From: a virus
Virus record (IMG/VR): IMGVR_UViG_3300036760_000945
Span: 18,852 to 82,851 of that record
Direction: 5' to 3' (one strand)
Length of the DNA stretch: 64,000 nt
Made by a program: the position numbers and the translations under genes. The notes under the pieces were generated by a model that saw only the letters and a list, made by a program, of their open reading frames with translations, had not been told where the DNA came from and made no database searches. This document shows positions 39,747-49,526 of the stretch, piece after piece. Numbering within the stretch: position 1 is the stretch's first letter; each line of letters starts with the position of its first letter.

Positions 39747-40155
39747 TAGAGTGTACCAGCACTTCCTGGCCAAGAAAGGAGAATAAGATGTCAGATACAT
39801 ACTTTTTTGTGGGACAATCAACTACATTAATGCAGTATTCGTGATGTCTAACGAGACACACGACCGGCTTTTCCCCGTCTGTCACGTACCAAATGAGCCG
39901 GGGGACGAACAACTCGGGACATGCAGCATGGGGGTGTGGGGTGAACCGTCAAACTTTGAAGAGGCAGTAGAGTTGGCAATCCGCTCTGCCGCGGAGTCGA
40001 ACGCAGAGGTCTTCTTTCTCGCGTAAGCTCCTATCTCTTTCCGTGTGGCAGGTAATTGGCTCGAAGCCTGCGGAGAGGGACTAGTCGGGCTTGACCCGAT
40101 GAGCGACCTGGCGCTTTCCAGGTCTGTACGGCCATACTCATGAAAGGAGTTAACG

Positions 40156-40740
40156 ATGGCCAAAATGAAGGGTGTAAGTCTGCAAGAGGCTAAAGATCTG
40201 GTACCTCAGATCGAGCCCATCGTCCTTCCTATGGATTTCATCAATCTCCAGGAAGATAAAACTGCGCAAGCGCTGGAAGATGCAGCGCTGTTGCGCGGTC
40301 TTGCTTTCGAGTGCCTGAATCTGCGAAAGTCCGAGCTTGCAAAGCAGAAGGAAGCGCAGGGGAAACTCGAGATCTGGGAGTCCCGAACCAAGGAGAAACG
40401 TGCAGATGCCTGGAAGGCTTTCTGCACGCAGTATCCCGGCATGGCAGCGTTCATCTATTCCAATGCGCCCGGCGCTGAGAAGAAGAGGCACGAGATCAAT
40501 CAGCGGATTGATACTCTGCTGATCAGCGTCGATCGGGAATATGCCCGCTTCGTGGAACTCAAGGCAGAGGTGAACGCTATCGATGCCTGGCTTGGCTCGA
40601 AAGAAGCGCTGGCCTTCAAGACGCATTTCGAAGATGCAAGGAAGGCGTTGGAGAAAGTGGGCCTCGACTTCGATGAGATCTGGCCCTCTCGGAAGGCAGC
40701 CAAGGGGGAACAAATTGAGGCCGAGCAGAAGATGAAATAG
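40156..40740 (+). CDS. Hypothetical helical early protein
   Basis: 194 aa; AAAGGAG RBS. Confidence 0.75.
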   Translation: MAKMKGVSLQEAKDLVPQIEPIVLPMDFINLQEDKTAQALEDAALLRGLAFECLNLRKSELAKQKEAQGKLEIWESRTKEKRADAWKAFCTQYPGMAAFIYSNAPGAEKKRHEINQRIDTLLISVDREYARFVELKAEVNAIDAWLGSKEALAFKTHFEDARKALEKVGLDFDEIWPSRKAAKGEQIEAEQKMK

Positions 40741-40828
40741 TCGGCCTGCCATAACCGCACTGGACACGGGGGGCAAGTCCAGTGCGGGCAGGGGCAAACC
40801 GGCCCCACTTTCACGCAAGGAGGTAACT

Positions 40829-41740
40829 ATGGCACGTTCGAAGAAGACTAGTACCACAAGCAAGATCAAAGTTTCTACACCTGTTCAAAACAAGGAGGTA
40901 ACACCAATGTATGAGAATTTACCCGAGTTGAAATTCGCACCTGGCTATATCAGCATCGGCAAGTTTGGCGAAGGCGAGCCAATCATTCGCATCGACCAGT
41001 TCCGTGGCTTCAATAGCCGCGATCTGATCGTGGGCTTGCTGAATGGGATGTTCGATGCCAGCGCCGGCATCTATCCCGTGCTCGTGCCCGGCCTCCATCT
41101 AAAGCACACGATGGAAGAGTTGTGGGCGAAGGGATATGTGTCCAATGCTGGTTATGTCAATACCGAATATGCCGGCGAGTTTGCTGGTATGTTCGTAGAA
41201 CCGCTGCGCACTGGCTGGTGGAGCATCGGCTTCGTCGGCGGCCAGTTCGTATTCGAATGGCAGGCGAAGTATGTTGGCTATGTCGAAGGCGAGGCGCCGT
41301 GGGTACAGAAGTCCCGCAATGCCTTCTGCAAGCATGTCGGCCTCGAACTCCTGCTGAAGGGCAAGCCCATCATTCTTCACTACAACGTGAAGGATGAATG
41401 GATGTCCTCCAAAGTAGCCACCAAGGTTGCCCAGGCAGGGATGTCGGTTGCTGACCGGCTTATCGACATTCGCACGAAGGTCGCCCAGACACAGGCCTGG
41501 CGGGTAAACCAGCAAGTCGAGGCCATCTATGCCCAGCCCGACTATGCCCCGGTTGCACGCCTTGCAACTGTACGACTGCACGGTGGAGGCAATATGGAAC
41601 CAGAGGCGCTAGTTGGCCAGACGATCCTGAAGTGGATGGGTAACATCCGCGTCGGCGCAGTGGCGATTACTCCCGAGAACCTGCCAGCGCAGCTTGAAGT
41701 GCTGCGCCGCGGGCAAATGACCGTCGAGCTCGCCCAGTAA
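40829..41740 (+). CDS. Hypothetical early protein
   Basis: 303 aa; AAGGAGG RBS; a second strong RBS + ATG in frame (MYENL). Confidence 0.75.
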   Translation: MARSKKTSTTSKIKVSTPVQNKEVTPMYENLPELKFAPGYISIGKFGEGEPIIRIDQFRGFNSRDLIVGLLNGMFDASAGIYPVLVPGLHLKHTMEELWAKGYVSNAGYVNTEYAGEFAGMFVEPLRTGWWSIGFVGGQFVFEWQAKYVGYVEGEAPWVQKSRNAFCKHVGLELLLKGKPIILHYNVKDEWMSSKVATKVAQAGMSVADRLIDIRTKVAQTQAWRVNQQVEAIYAQPDYAPVARLATVRLHGGGNMEPEALVGQTILKWMGNIRVGAVAITPENLPAQLEVLRRGQMTVELAQ

Positions 41741-41780
41741 TTCCTGTCATGGAGGGAGAAAAGGGGGATCTCCCTCCCTC

Positions 41781-41791
41781 TGTGGTATAAT
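41781..41791 (+). promoter_or_regulatory. Extended -10 promoter TGTGGTATAAT after a hairpin
   Basis: Motif recurs across the window; GGAGGGAGA/TCTCCCTCC stem directly upstream. Confidence 0.6.
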
Positions 41792-42239
41792 ACGCCTGTA
41801 TAAAGGAGGCAGCAATGGAATGCGTATTTCTGCTTATAATGGTTTACTTTGCCGTTGAGCTAATCTGCTGGCTTACAGGAGCTGACAAGAGAGGAGGCTT
41901 TTAGCTATGTCCATAAAAGGCGGTTCGACCAAAAAGGGCACTCTGCCTAATCCTTCCAAGAAGACGGCTGTACCTGGCACTGGTCGCAATAGACCTGCCA
42001 AGGGCTATGATCCTGTAACCAAGACCTGGCATCAAAGGGAGCAAAGATGAAACGTATATGGGCGATCTGCCTTCTGATCTCTGCAATGCTTGCACTGCTC
42101 TGGGATATACTGCTTGCCTGCGTTCTTGTCTTCTTCAAGGTGCCACACATGTTCGTATATTTGTTCCTTAGCTTCAGCATCATCGTTCCTGCCTGCTTTC
42201 TTGTACTGGCTATGTGCGCTGCTGGAAGTGATGCAAGTT

Positions 42240-42623
42240 ATGGGTAAACGAATGCCTATACTTATGCTTACCAAACTCATTGGCAACAAGACTAATGCAA
42301 CGAGACTCGATGATGCGATGCGCGTCTGTAAGTACCTCTCCCTATATTTATCCAGGGCGCAGGCTGTTGTTCTATCCTTCAAGGGCATTCACACTGCTAG
42401 TCCCGAGTTTCTCAATGTTGCATTCGGGCAACTCTATGGCTCATTCGAGGGCGACTTCCTATCAAAGATGCTCTCTGTTGAAGATCTGCCTCCCTCGATA
42501 AGGCCAAAGCTGCGTAGAGCGATCAGTAATGCAAAGACATATTTCCAAGTTAGAAGCAAAGACATCCAGGAAGAGAAGACCCGCTTCGTAGATTGGCCCA
42601 CTCCAGATGAAAATGGTAGCTGA
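42240..42623 (+). CDS. STAS-like (DUF4325-type) protein
   Basis: VVLSFKGI..SPEFLNVAFGQLYG..RRAISNAKTYF. Confidence 0.7.
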   Translation: MGKRMPILMLTKLIGNKTNATRLDDAMRVCKYLSLYLSRAQAVVLSFKGIHTASPEFLNVAFGQLYGSFEGDFLSKMLSVEDLPPSIRPKLRRAISNAKTYFQVRSKDIQEEKTRFVDWPTPDENGS

Positions 42624-42763
42624 TAAGCGTATTGCACATTTGCTCGAACGCAACCGTCGGCGGGGAATAAACTTTACCCGCCGCATCCATGCTGAGACCA
42701 AAGCGCACCGTAAGCAAGCAAAATGTTCGCGCCGTATAAATAGGTGATGAAAGGAGAATAACT

Positions 42764-43006
42764 ATGACTAAGTCTATTACTGTAAAGGTACGCAAGATCG
42801 AAGATGGAACCACGGCTTACACAGAGGAACACCGAGATGCCTTTTATGTCGGGCATATGTATCCTGGTGAGACCATAAGCGTGATACCCAACGAAAACTG
42901 TCCAGGTTGGTATAAGAGCATAATAAATGGCTATAACTACCACAAGTCCTGGCTCATATTCCCCAAGGCCCGACATATTCGTGAAGGCGAATGTGCCAAA
43001 GCGTGA
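42764..43006 (+). CDS. Hypothetical protein (paralog of 43789-44190)
   Basis: MYPGETISVIPNENCPGWY..YHKSWL; AAAGGAG RBS. Confidence 0.65.
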   Translation: MTKSITVKVRKIEDGTTAYTEEHRDAFYVGHMYPGETISVIPNENCPGWYKSIINGYNYHKSWLIFPKARHIREGECAKA

Positions 43007-43508
43007 GGAGAGAATATTGATATCCTCGTATACATGTCCATACACAAGACTAGATAACAAGCAGCATTCTCGTATGATTAATATCTATGAGCGTCCTCTT
43101 ATGGGGCTTGCTGAACATAAATACTGGTGGCTCCCTATCTTCAGTATTTCCCGGGACAGAAGATTGAGGATCGACTGGCTGGTCTGGAATATCTATATAG
43201 GAAAGAGCAAATTATGGTGGCAATAGAGATTGAGATCGCAGATAGTACGATCGTTGAGTAAGGAAGAATTGATCATGTACGAATATGAAGGCTTCCGAAG
43301 GCAGGCTTATGAGGGGGGACTGTCATTTATACCAGTCTGTACTATCTGTGGCCGTTTCGTCAAGGCGGACGAAACTGTTGTTATAAATGGATTAGGCGAA
43401 TATGTCACTGAATTGAATGCTACCTGTTCTAAATGTGGCAGGGTAGAAATGCCATTCGAGGGCTTTTCTTAATAGGCGAGTTATGGCGATAAAGATAAGG
43501 AGAGACTA

Positions 43509-43805
43509 ATGAAGACAGAGATCTATTTTCACGGCCAGGGCTTCGCTGACCCACCTGCAGCATTGAATCAAGCGAAGAATGTCATGCGCCTTGTTATTAG
43601 CTTGGCAGCCAAACTTGATATTCCTCTGCAAGATGCTGTGGATTGGCTGTATGAAGGTGATATACTTACTGGTAATGAGACTGTTGAGAACCTGGTTTAC
43701 CAATGGAATAACGAAAATTGGCAACTGCAAGCCGAGGGATATTACGCAAGAGAATCAACTATAATCTCCAAGTTAGAAGGAGAGAACAATGACAATCAAA
43801 GTTAG
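43509..43805 (+). CDS. Hypothetical protein
   Basis: TAAGGAG RBS. Confidence 0.6.
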   Translation: MKTEIYFHGQGFADPPAALNQAKNVMRLVISLAAKLDIPLQDAVDWLYEGDILTGNETVENLVYQWNNENWQLQAEGYYARESTIISKLEGENNDNQS

Positions 43806-44190
43806 AGTACGTATGATCCCCAAGAGAACTCAATTAACGAAGGATGGCTGGACGGACGTATTCACAGGAGAAAATATGAGGCCCGGCGAAGTTATTGAGG
43901 TTGTTCCTAACCATTGCCCAGGCTGGTATAGGGATGTCCCTAAGTCAGGCTCCTCCTCATATCACTACCATGATTCCTGGCTAGACTTCGATTTCGATTA
44001 TACGCCTATAGCAGTGCCTGATAATTACTCAAAGGCCGCCCGGCTCTGGAAGGGACTACTGCAAAAGTACCTGATATCTACTATTGGTGGCCGGTCTGAC
44101 CATGGGCCTATCATTGATGAGATCGAGGCAGCACTAAATGAGAGTGCACAAGAAGCGCTTGCACTTAGCGGCATGCGGGAGTCTCTATGA
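43789..44190 (+). CDS. Hypothetical protein (paralog of 42764-43006)
   Basis: MRPGEVIEVVPNHCPGWY..YHDSWL. Confidence 0.65.
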   Translation: MTIKVRVRMIPKRTQLTKDGWTDVFTGENMRPGEVIEVVPNHCPGWYRDVPKSGSSSYHYHDSWLDFDFDYTPIAVPDNYSKAARLWKGLLQKYLISTIGGRSDHGPIIDEIEAALNESAQEALALSGMRESL

Positions 44191-44924
44191 CTGACACTGT
44201 TATAGGGAGATGGACAATGCATTATTACTTTAGAGATACATTGCCAATGGAATTTATAGGTGATCTCTATGATATTATGCGGGATCGGGATAATGATATG
44301 CTTACACCTGAGAGGCTAATTGACGACATTGTCGATTTGCTAAGGCGGTACATAGCTGCCCACTCAGAATCGCCTAAGGAGAAGTCAGATGAGACTAAAG
44401 GCTAGTAATATTATGCAGAAGGGGGATATTATCCACTATAAGAAGGGTTCACTAAACCGAGACATAATAGTTGATGGTTGGGCCGGGTCCCAAGTAAGTG
44501 AGCTATTCTATGATCGAATGCTCGATTATGTAGAGCGTCCTGCGCCAATAGTTCTCCCAAGTTGGTCCCCTTGGTCCTGGCTTCCTCTGTATCTGCTCTG
44601 GGTAGTTATGGCCATTATTGTTACGGCCATACCCCTTATCGTGGTCAGCCTCATTGTTGCCAGGTTTGTGCCCTAGGAAAGAGATAGGCAAATGAAACTA
44701 ATATTTTTCCTGCGCCCGCCCAGGTATTTCCTCCACAAAAACCGGTACGGCGTTCGTGCTTGCAATCTGTGGTATTGGCCATTCACGATATATATTTGGC
44801 TCTGTGATCTCGGCGCTACCACTTTTGGCTTTGCATGTGAGAAGAGGCCTAGAATATGAGAATTCGTGTGATTTTGTGTGATTTCCTTCCAACTTGGAAA
44901 ATGAGAGCCTACAAGGAGGACTAA

Positions 44925-45374
44925 ATGTCAGGAATGACTTGGATGAGAGAGCACTACCCAATAACTGCTGATGCAGCAGCCAGGCTTGGTCTGCTGGCTG
45001 CTGCCGAACACTCTTTACATAAGTGGGAGGGCTTTAGTAAAGAAGAGCGAAAGAAGCATAATGTCCACTTTGTCCATGGATATAGTATTACTTTAGCTGA
45101 TGCAACTGGGGAAGATATTATGAGCATGGGCAGCACTACGTGTGCATACTGTATACTCTTTTATGAATGTGGCGGGATTTGGTGCACAGGCTGTCCTTTG
45201 AGTGAGCTTCAGGAGAACTGTCTTGAGTCTGATAGTATCTATAAGTGGTTCATTTCTACCTTAGATCCTAGACCAATGATTAGACTACTCGAGAGAGCCC
45301 TCAGATTAGTAAAAGTAGATCTTATTATCTGTAGAAAGGGAAACCATCTACAGGGAGAGATTCTTGAGAAATAA
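44925..45374 (+). CDS. Cys-rich hypothetical protein (paralog of 46077-46478)
   Basis: EHSLHKWEG, CAYC, CTGCPL; AAGGAGG RBS. Confidence 0.7.
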   Translation: MSGMTWMREHYPITADAAARLGLLAAAEHSLHKWEGFSKEERKKHNVHFVHGYSITLADATGEDIMSMGSTTCAYCILFYECGGIWCTGCPLSELQENCLESDSIYKWFISTLDPRPMIRLLERALRLVKVDLIICRKGNHLQGEILEK

Positions 45375-45627
45375 GGAGACAAAATGCACCAATGCAACTT
45401 TTGCTCCCTGAGAAGTTTACAAGAACAATACGGTGATAACCTCATCTCTTATAAGGGAAGGTACTATAAAAAGAATTCGCCTCCATGCGAAGGACAGGGT
45501 GAACCTTTGAAACTCCCAGATGGTACTCCAATCTGCTTCCTGGCTTGGTTTATGGAAGTAGGAATAGACTGTACTTGTGATAGCTTTGATCCTAATTATG
45601 ATTTAGGAGATTACTAAAGGAGATGAA

Positions 45628-46062
45628 ATGCAAAGAGCTAATGTTTTCCGCCTGACCAATCAAATGATCTCACTGACTGAGATTTTACCTCCAGACACGC
45701 TTATCTGCCTGGCGCCAGAACCAGTGAAGAACTTTATGCACCTGTCTCTAACACATCTCTTAGAGGAAACCAGGTGGTTACTCCAGGAGGTTGCAAAGCA
45801 GCCCGAGTTTAATGCCTTGACCCCGGTCTATATCATCCTAGAGAATACTAAGAACGCTTGGATTGCCTCAAGGATGATCGAGGCAGCCTTCGCGCGGTTC
45901 AATAATGATCCAAAGATCTGGATCATACAGGGTGATTTCCGTGAGTTTGTTGATCTACAGAGGTTTATCGTGGAGGGAATAGATTTTGCTCAAACCTATG
46001 AATATGATCGCCGCAACCAAGTTGCTGAGTACCCAGGGCTGTCCTTTATTGACTGTCCCTAG
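45628..46062 (+). CDS. Hypothetical protein
   Basis: AAGGAG RBS; 144 aa. Confidence 0.6.
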   Translation: MQRANVFRLTNQMISLTEILPPDTLICLAPEPVKNFMHLSLTHLLEETRWLLQEVAKQPEFNALTPVYIILENTKNAWIASRMIEAAFARFNNDPKIWIIQGDFREFVDLQRFIVEGIDFAQTYEYDRRNQVAEYPGLSFIDCP

Positions 46063-46076
46063 AAGGAGAAAATAAT

Positions 46077-46478
46077 ATGTCTGGCAAAACCTGGCTCGCA
46101 GAATTTTATCCTGAGGAAGCTGCAGAGGCAGCTAAAAGGGGTATGATTGCTGCTGGAGAGCACTGCCTCCAAAAATGGTTAGGCTATACTCCCGAGGCGC
46201 TAAAGAAACACAATCTACGCTTTGATAAGTGGATCGGGGGCACCATATTAGCCTACAAGGACGATGTGGTTATACATGCGGGCCCCGGTGCTTGCGCCTA
46301 TTGCCAAGTGCCGGGGAATCAGCTAGAAGGTTGCAAAAGTTGCCCTCTAGCCAATGTGGCCCCCTGTTGCTTTGTCCTAAATGGTCCCTATCAGGAATTC
46401 CTAAGCACTCTCGATCCCAGTGGATTAATAAAAGCGTTGAGGGAAGCACTTGCCTGGGCACAGAAATCTGCAAAGTAG
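46077..46478 (+). CDS. Cys-rich hypothetical protein (paralog of 44925-45374)
   Basis: EHCLQKWLG, CAYC, CKSCPL. Confidence 0.7.
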   Translation: MSGKTWLAEFYPEEAAEAAKRGMIAAGEHCLQKWLGYTPEALKKHNLRFDKWIGGTILAYKDDVVIHAGPGACAYCQVPGNQLEGCKSCPLANVAPCCFVLNGPYQEFLSTLDPSGLIKALREALAWAQKSAK

Positions 46479-46481
46479 AGG

Positions 46482-47594
46482 CTAGTCCTTAGTTGGGGGC
46501 TTTATATCTCCGCACTGCACACCCTTTACGAAGTTTATGATCGCTCGTGCTGCTACCTGTGCGCTACTTCCCAAGAAGGGATATAGTTCCTTAACTGCTC
46601 TCTTTCTGGGTTCTGCGAAGTGTGTTCTGTCCTTGAGCGCTCGCTCGATACAACCTCGTAGATCTTGAGGGCGCTCACACTGAGGCCCAATATCAGTGTA
46701 ATCCCACCAGCGAATACCGAAGTCTACAGTCTTGCGAAACCAGGGCGCGTTCAAGATTACTACTGGTCGATCAACACAAGCAAATTCATAAAGCGTACTG
46801 GACGAATCGTTGAGATAAATATCTGCTCTAGCCAAAACCTCTTCGAAAGAGGTAACTACTTCAATGCCCATTCCTTTGTACAGAGGTGCTAGCTTATCAA
46901 TGATCTTGGGATGCCCATGGCCAAGCACATGATAATGCTTGGTAAGACTTGGAAGAACGCCTTTGTAATATTCCCAAGCATTGCCGGCCTCAGGGCAAAC
47001 CCTCTTCCCATCCCAGTGAAACGCAACTGCGATTGTGGGTGGGTCATCTTGCACCTTTTTAGGTATATCTGCCCACTTATCCATCTTTGGCGTGCCCACA
47101 ACTATCTGAAAAGCACCCGGGAATGTCTTAGCGGTTTTCTTGCGAATGACCTCATTGGGAGCTAAGAATAAGCAAACATTGCAGCGTATCCCGCCTCCAC
47201 CGGCATAGCCAGGTGCATGTTCCGGGAAAGACAGTCCTACGCCGTGTTCCATAAGGATCTGTGGGCGCTTCGGGTTTTTACGAATACCCATTTTAGTATC
47301 CCCATAGGCACAAGTTACCAATGGCCCATCACCATCAGGCGTTATCTTCGCCGGGTCCCTGCTTGTGCGTTGGAACGGGGCTAATCCGGTTACTTCCTGG
47401 ATACCCAAACCGCGAGTATAATCTTTCAGGGAGATGGGCACATAGAAAGTTCCCCTCATAGTTACTGGAATGTTGTTCCAGATAGGCGCCAAGTGATCAA
47501 TAAAGTGAATCCGCCTGGCAAAGAAATCAATTGGCTTGAAGAAGTTCTGCCTGTTAAAAGTAGGGGTCCATACTGGTGATAGTCTACTCTTCAT
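46482..47594 (-). CDS. GT-B fold glycosyltransferase (CDP-glycerol glycerophosphotransferase-like)
   Basis: MEHG, VVGTPKMD, GHPK, ADIYLNDSSSTLYEF..RPVV; AGGAG before ATG 47594; TATAAT upstream. Confidence 0.8.
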   Translation of the reverse strand: MKSRLSPVWTPTFNRQNFFKPIDFFARRIHFIDHLAPIWNNIPVTMRGTFYVPISLKDYTRGLGIQEVTGLAPFQRTSRDPAKITPDGDGPLVTCAYGDTKMGIRKNPKRPQILMEHGVGLSFPEHAPGYAGGGGIRCNVCLFLAPNEVIRKKTAKTFPGAFQIVVGTPKMDKWADIPKKVQDDPPTIAVAFHWDGKRVCPEAGNAWEYYKGVLPSLTKHYHVLGHGHPKIIDKLAPLYKGMGIEVVTSFEEVLARADIYLNDSSSTLYEFACVDRPVVILNAPWFRKTVDFGIRWWDYTDIGPQCERPQDLRGCIERALKDRTHFAEPRKRAVKELYPFLGSSAQVAARAIINFVKGVQCGDIKPPTKD

Positions 47595-48538
47595 CCTCTT
47601 GCTCCTGTTAGGCTGTTCAATATCTCTACCTTGCATTATAATCTATATTCGATAGGAGATAAGGATGAAAATAAAGGACTGCATTTTACTTACAATAGAG
47701 GGAGCACAAGAGGCTGAACGCCTAGAGCTAGCTGAAAGCAAGAATTGGACACCACTACTAATTTATATTCATGTAACTCGAATAACCATTGGTGCCATAA
47801 TTGGTTTCCTGGTGGGTATTAGCTTGATACCAGCACTATTAGTACTCCTAGGGAGATAATATAGAATAGGCTATACTATATGTTTCACTAGTTAGATGCT
47901 ATTTGTCTGATATTAATAGATTTAGCCCCCTGGGGTGTAGAGCGAGCCTTCTATGCTAACACCAAAGGTTCCCGAAAGGAGAACGGGTAGCCCTATGACT
48001 ATTAACGAAGAAGAGAACGATAAGAGGAAAAAGGACTTAAGGGACTTCATATTATCCGAGGCCACAAAGGGCAATATTGTGCTTACGACTATTGGGGGTT
48101 TAATGGTAGCAAATCTCAATGAGTTTGTTAAGCAATCAACTGAGGGGCTTCTATATGATCTCAATCGCGATAAGGCTACAGTTATAACATTCCTCTACGA
48201 TTCGAAATGGATAAATGATTTTGCAGTAGCACTTGTCATCGAGAGGTTGAAAACTATCATTGAGGAGTACGAAAATGAGAGCAACAAGAACCCAACGGGA
48301 GTATGAGGAAGATGACTACGAGATCTCGTCAGTGCAACGTATATATGGCAAGAGTGGTACCTGTTATACCGTTCCCCCTCATGGAAGTATCCTGTATTCC
48401 TCCACTGAGTTAGATTATGTCTTCCTTTCCCATAAGGGACAATTGGTATTAATTATTGAAGAAGAAGAGATTGAAGCATTTGTGTATGATTTAGAGTATA
48501 TTAGAGTCTAATTCAAACTTTCAAAAGGAGAAAACAAA

Positions 48539-48598
48539 ATGTCTATTCATAAGGTAATCGCAGCAGGTTATTTGGGTCGTGATCCTGAAATGCCTTGA
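48539..48598 (+). pseudogene. Truncated 5' fragment of ssb (MSIHKVIAAGYLGRDPEMP*)
   Basis: AAAGGAG RBS; 16 of the first 18 aa identical to the ssb N-terminus at 49092. Confidence 0.9.
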
Positions 48599-48623
48599 CC
48601 CCGAAAAGAAAATATGATATATT
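48595..48623 (+). promoter_or_regulatory. Sigma70 promoter at the start of the HNH cassette
   Basis: TTGACC-17 bp-TATATT with extended TG. Confidence 0.65.
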
Positions 48624-48640
48624 GAACAAGGAGATAAATT

Positions 48641-49105
48641 ATGAAGTCTTGTTCAGTATGTCATATCCCTAAATCGCTTGAGGAGTTTAATAAACGGAGA
48701 TACTCCTCAGATGGTTATCGTTCTGAGTGTCGGGAGTGTCAGCACAAGGCACACCAGGCTTATTACTATATTGGGGGAGGCAAGAACCTAAAAGAGCAGT
48801 ATTATCTTGTCCATCGAGAGGAATTGCTACCCAGGCTACGACTCCACAGTGGTCCAACTCACTATAATCCCGAGACAGCTCCTGCACATAAAGCTGTTCT
48901 TCAAGCGCTACATCAAGGTACTCTTGTTCGTCCTAGTAACTGTGAAAATTGTAGTATTCCCTGTAAGCCGCAAGCTCACCATCATCATGGGTATGATGAA
49001 GAATATCATCTTGATATTATATGGCTTTGCATACCCTGTCATAGTTTAGCAGACAATTCTGGGTTTGCAAGCAGACTAAAGGAGAATAATAATGAGCATC
49101 CATAA
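48641..49105 (+). CDS. HNH homing endonuclease
   Basis: CSVC..F..CREC zinc finger; CENC..AHHHHGY..WLCIPCH; AAGGAG RBS. Confidence 0.88.
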   Translation: MKSCSVCHIPKSLEEFNKRRYSSDGYRSECRECQHKAHQAYYYIGGGKNLKEQYYLVHREELLPRLRLHSGPTHYNPETAPAHKAVLQALHQGTLVRPSNCENCSIPCKPQAHHHHGYDEEYHLDIIWLCIPCHSLADNSGFASRLKENNNEHP

Positions 49106-49526
49106 AATTATCGCAGTAGGGTACTTAGGCAGAGATCCAGAGATGAAATACTTGCCCAGCGGTACTGCCGTAGTTAACTTCTCTATCGCAACCGATCGTG
49201 TATGGACTAATACTGAAGGCGAGAAGGTCAAGGTTACTAGTTGGTTCCGTGTCTCGGTCTTCGGAAAGATGGCCGAGAATTGCAATCAGTATCTCAGGAA
49301 GGGCAGCCAAGTCTTTGTCGAAGGACACCTGACTTCTGATCCTACTACTGGTGGCCCCAAGGTGTTCACAAGGCAGGATGGGACTATTGGTTCTTCCTAT
49401 GAACTCTTCGCAGAGACAGTAAACTTCCTGAGCAAGGCTCCTAGTAATGATAGTGCTGAGGGCGCTACTCAAACAACACTGCCCACAGCCACGGCGCCAG
49501 CCGGCGAAGAGGATGTACCATTCTAG
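49092..49526 (+). CDS. ssb: Single-stranded DNA-binding protein
   Basis: GYLGRDPE, WFRVSVFG, YLRKGSQVFVEG, acidic C-terminus EEDVPF. Confidence 0.95.
   Translation: MSIHKIIAVGYLGRDPEMKYLPSGTAVVNFSIATDRVWTNTEGEKVKVTSWFRVSVFGKMAENCNQYLRKGSQVFVEGHLTSDPTTGGPKVFTRQDGTIGSSYELFAETVNFLSKAPSNDSAEGATQTTLPTATAPAGEEDVPF

Noticed and set aside
40150-40869. 239-aa - strand ORF
   Set aside because: Antisense shadow of 40156-40740, which has a strong RBS
47920-47995. Possible second tRNA/ncRNA
   Set aside because: No T-loop consensus or cloverleaf
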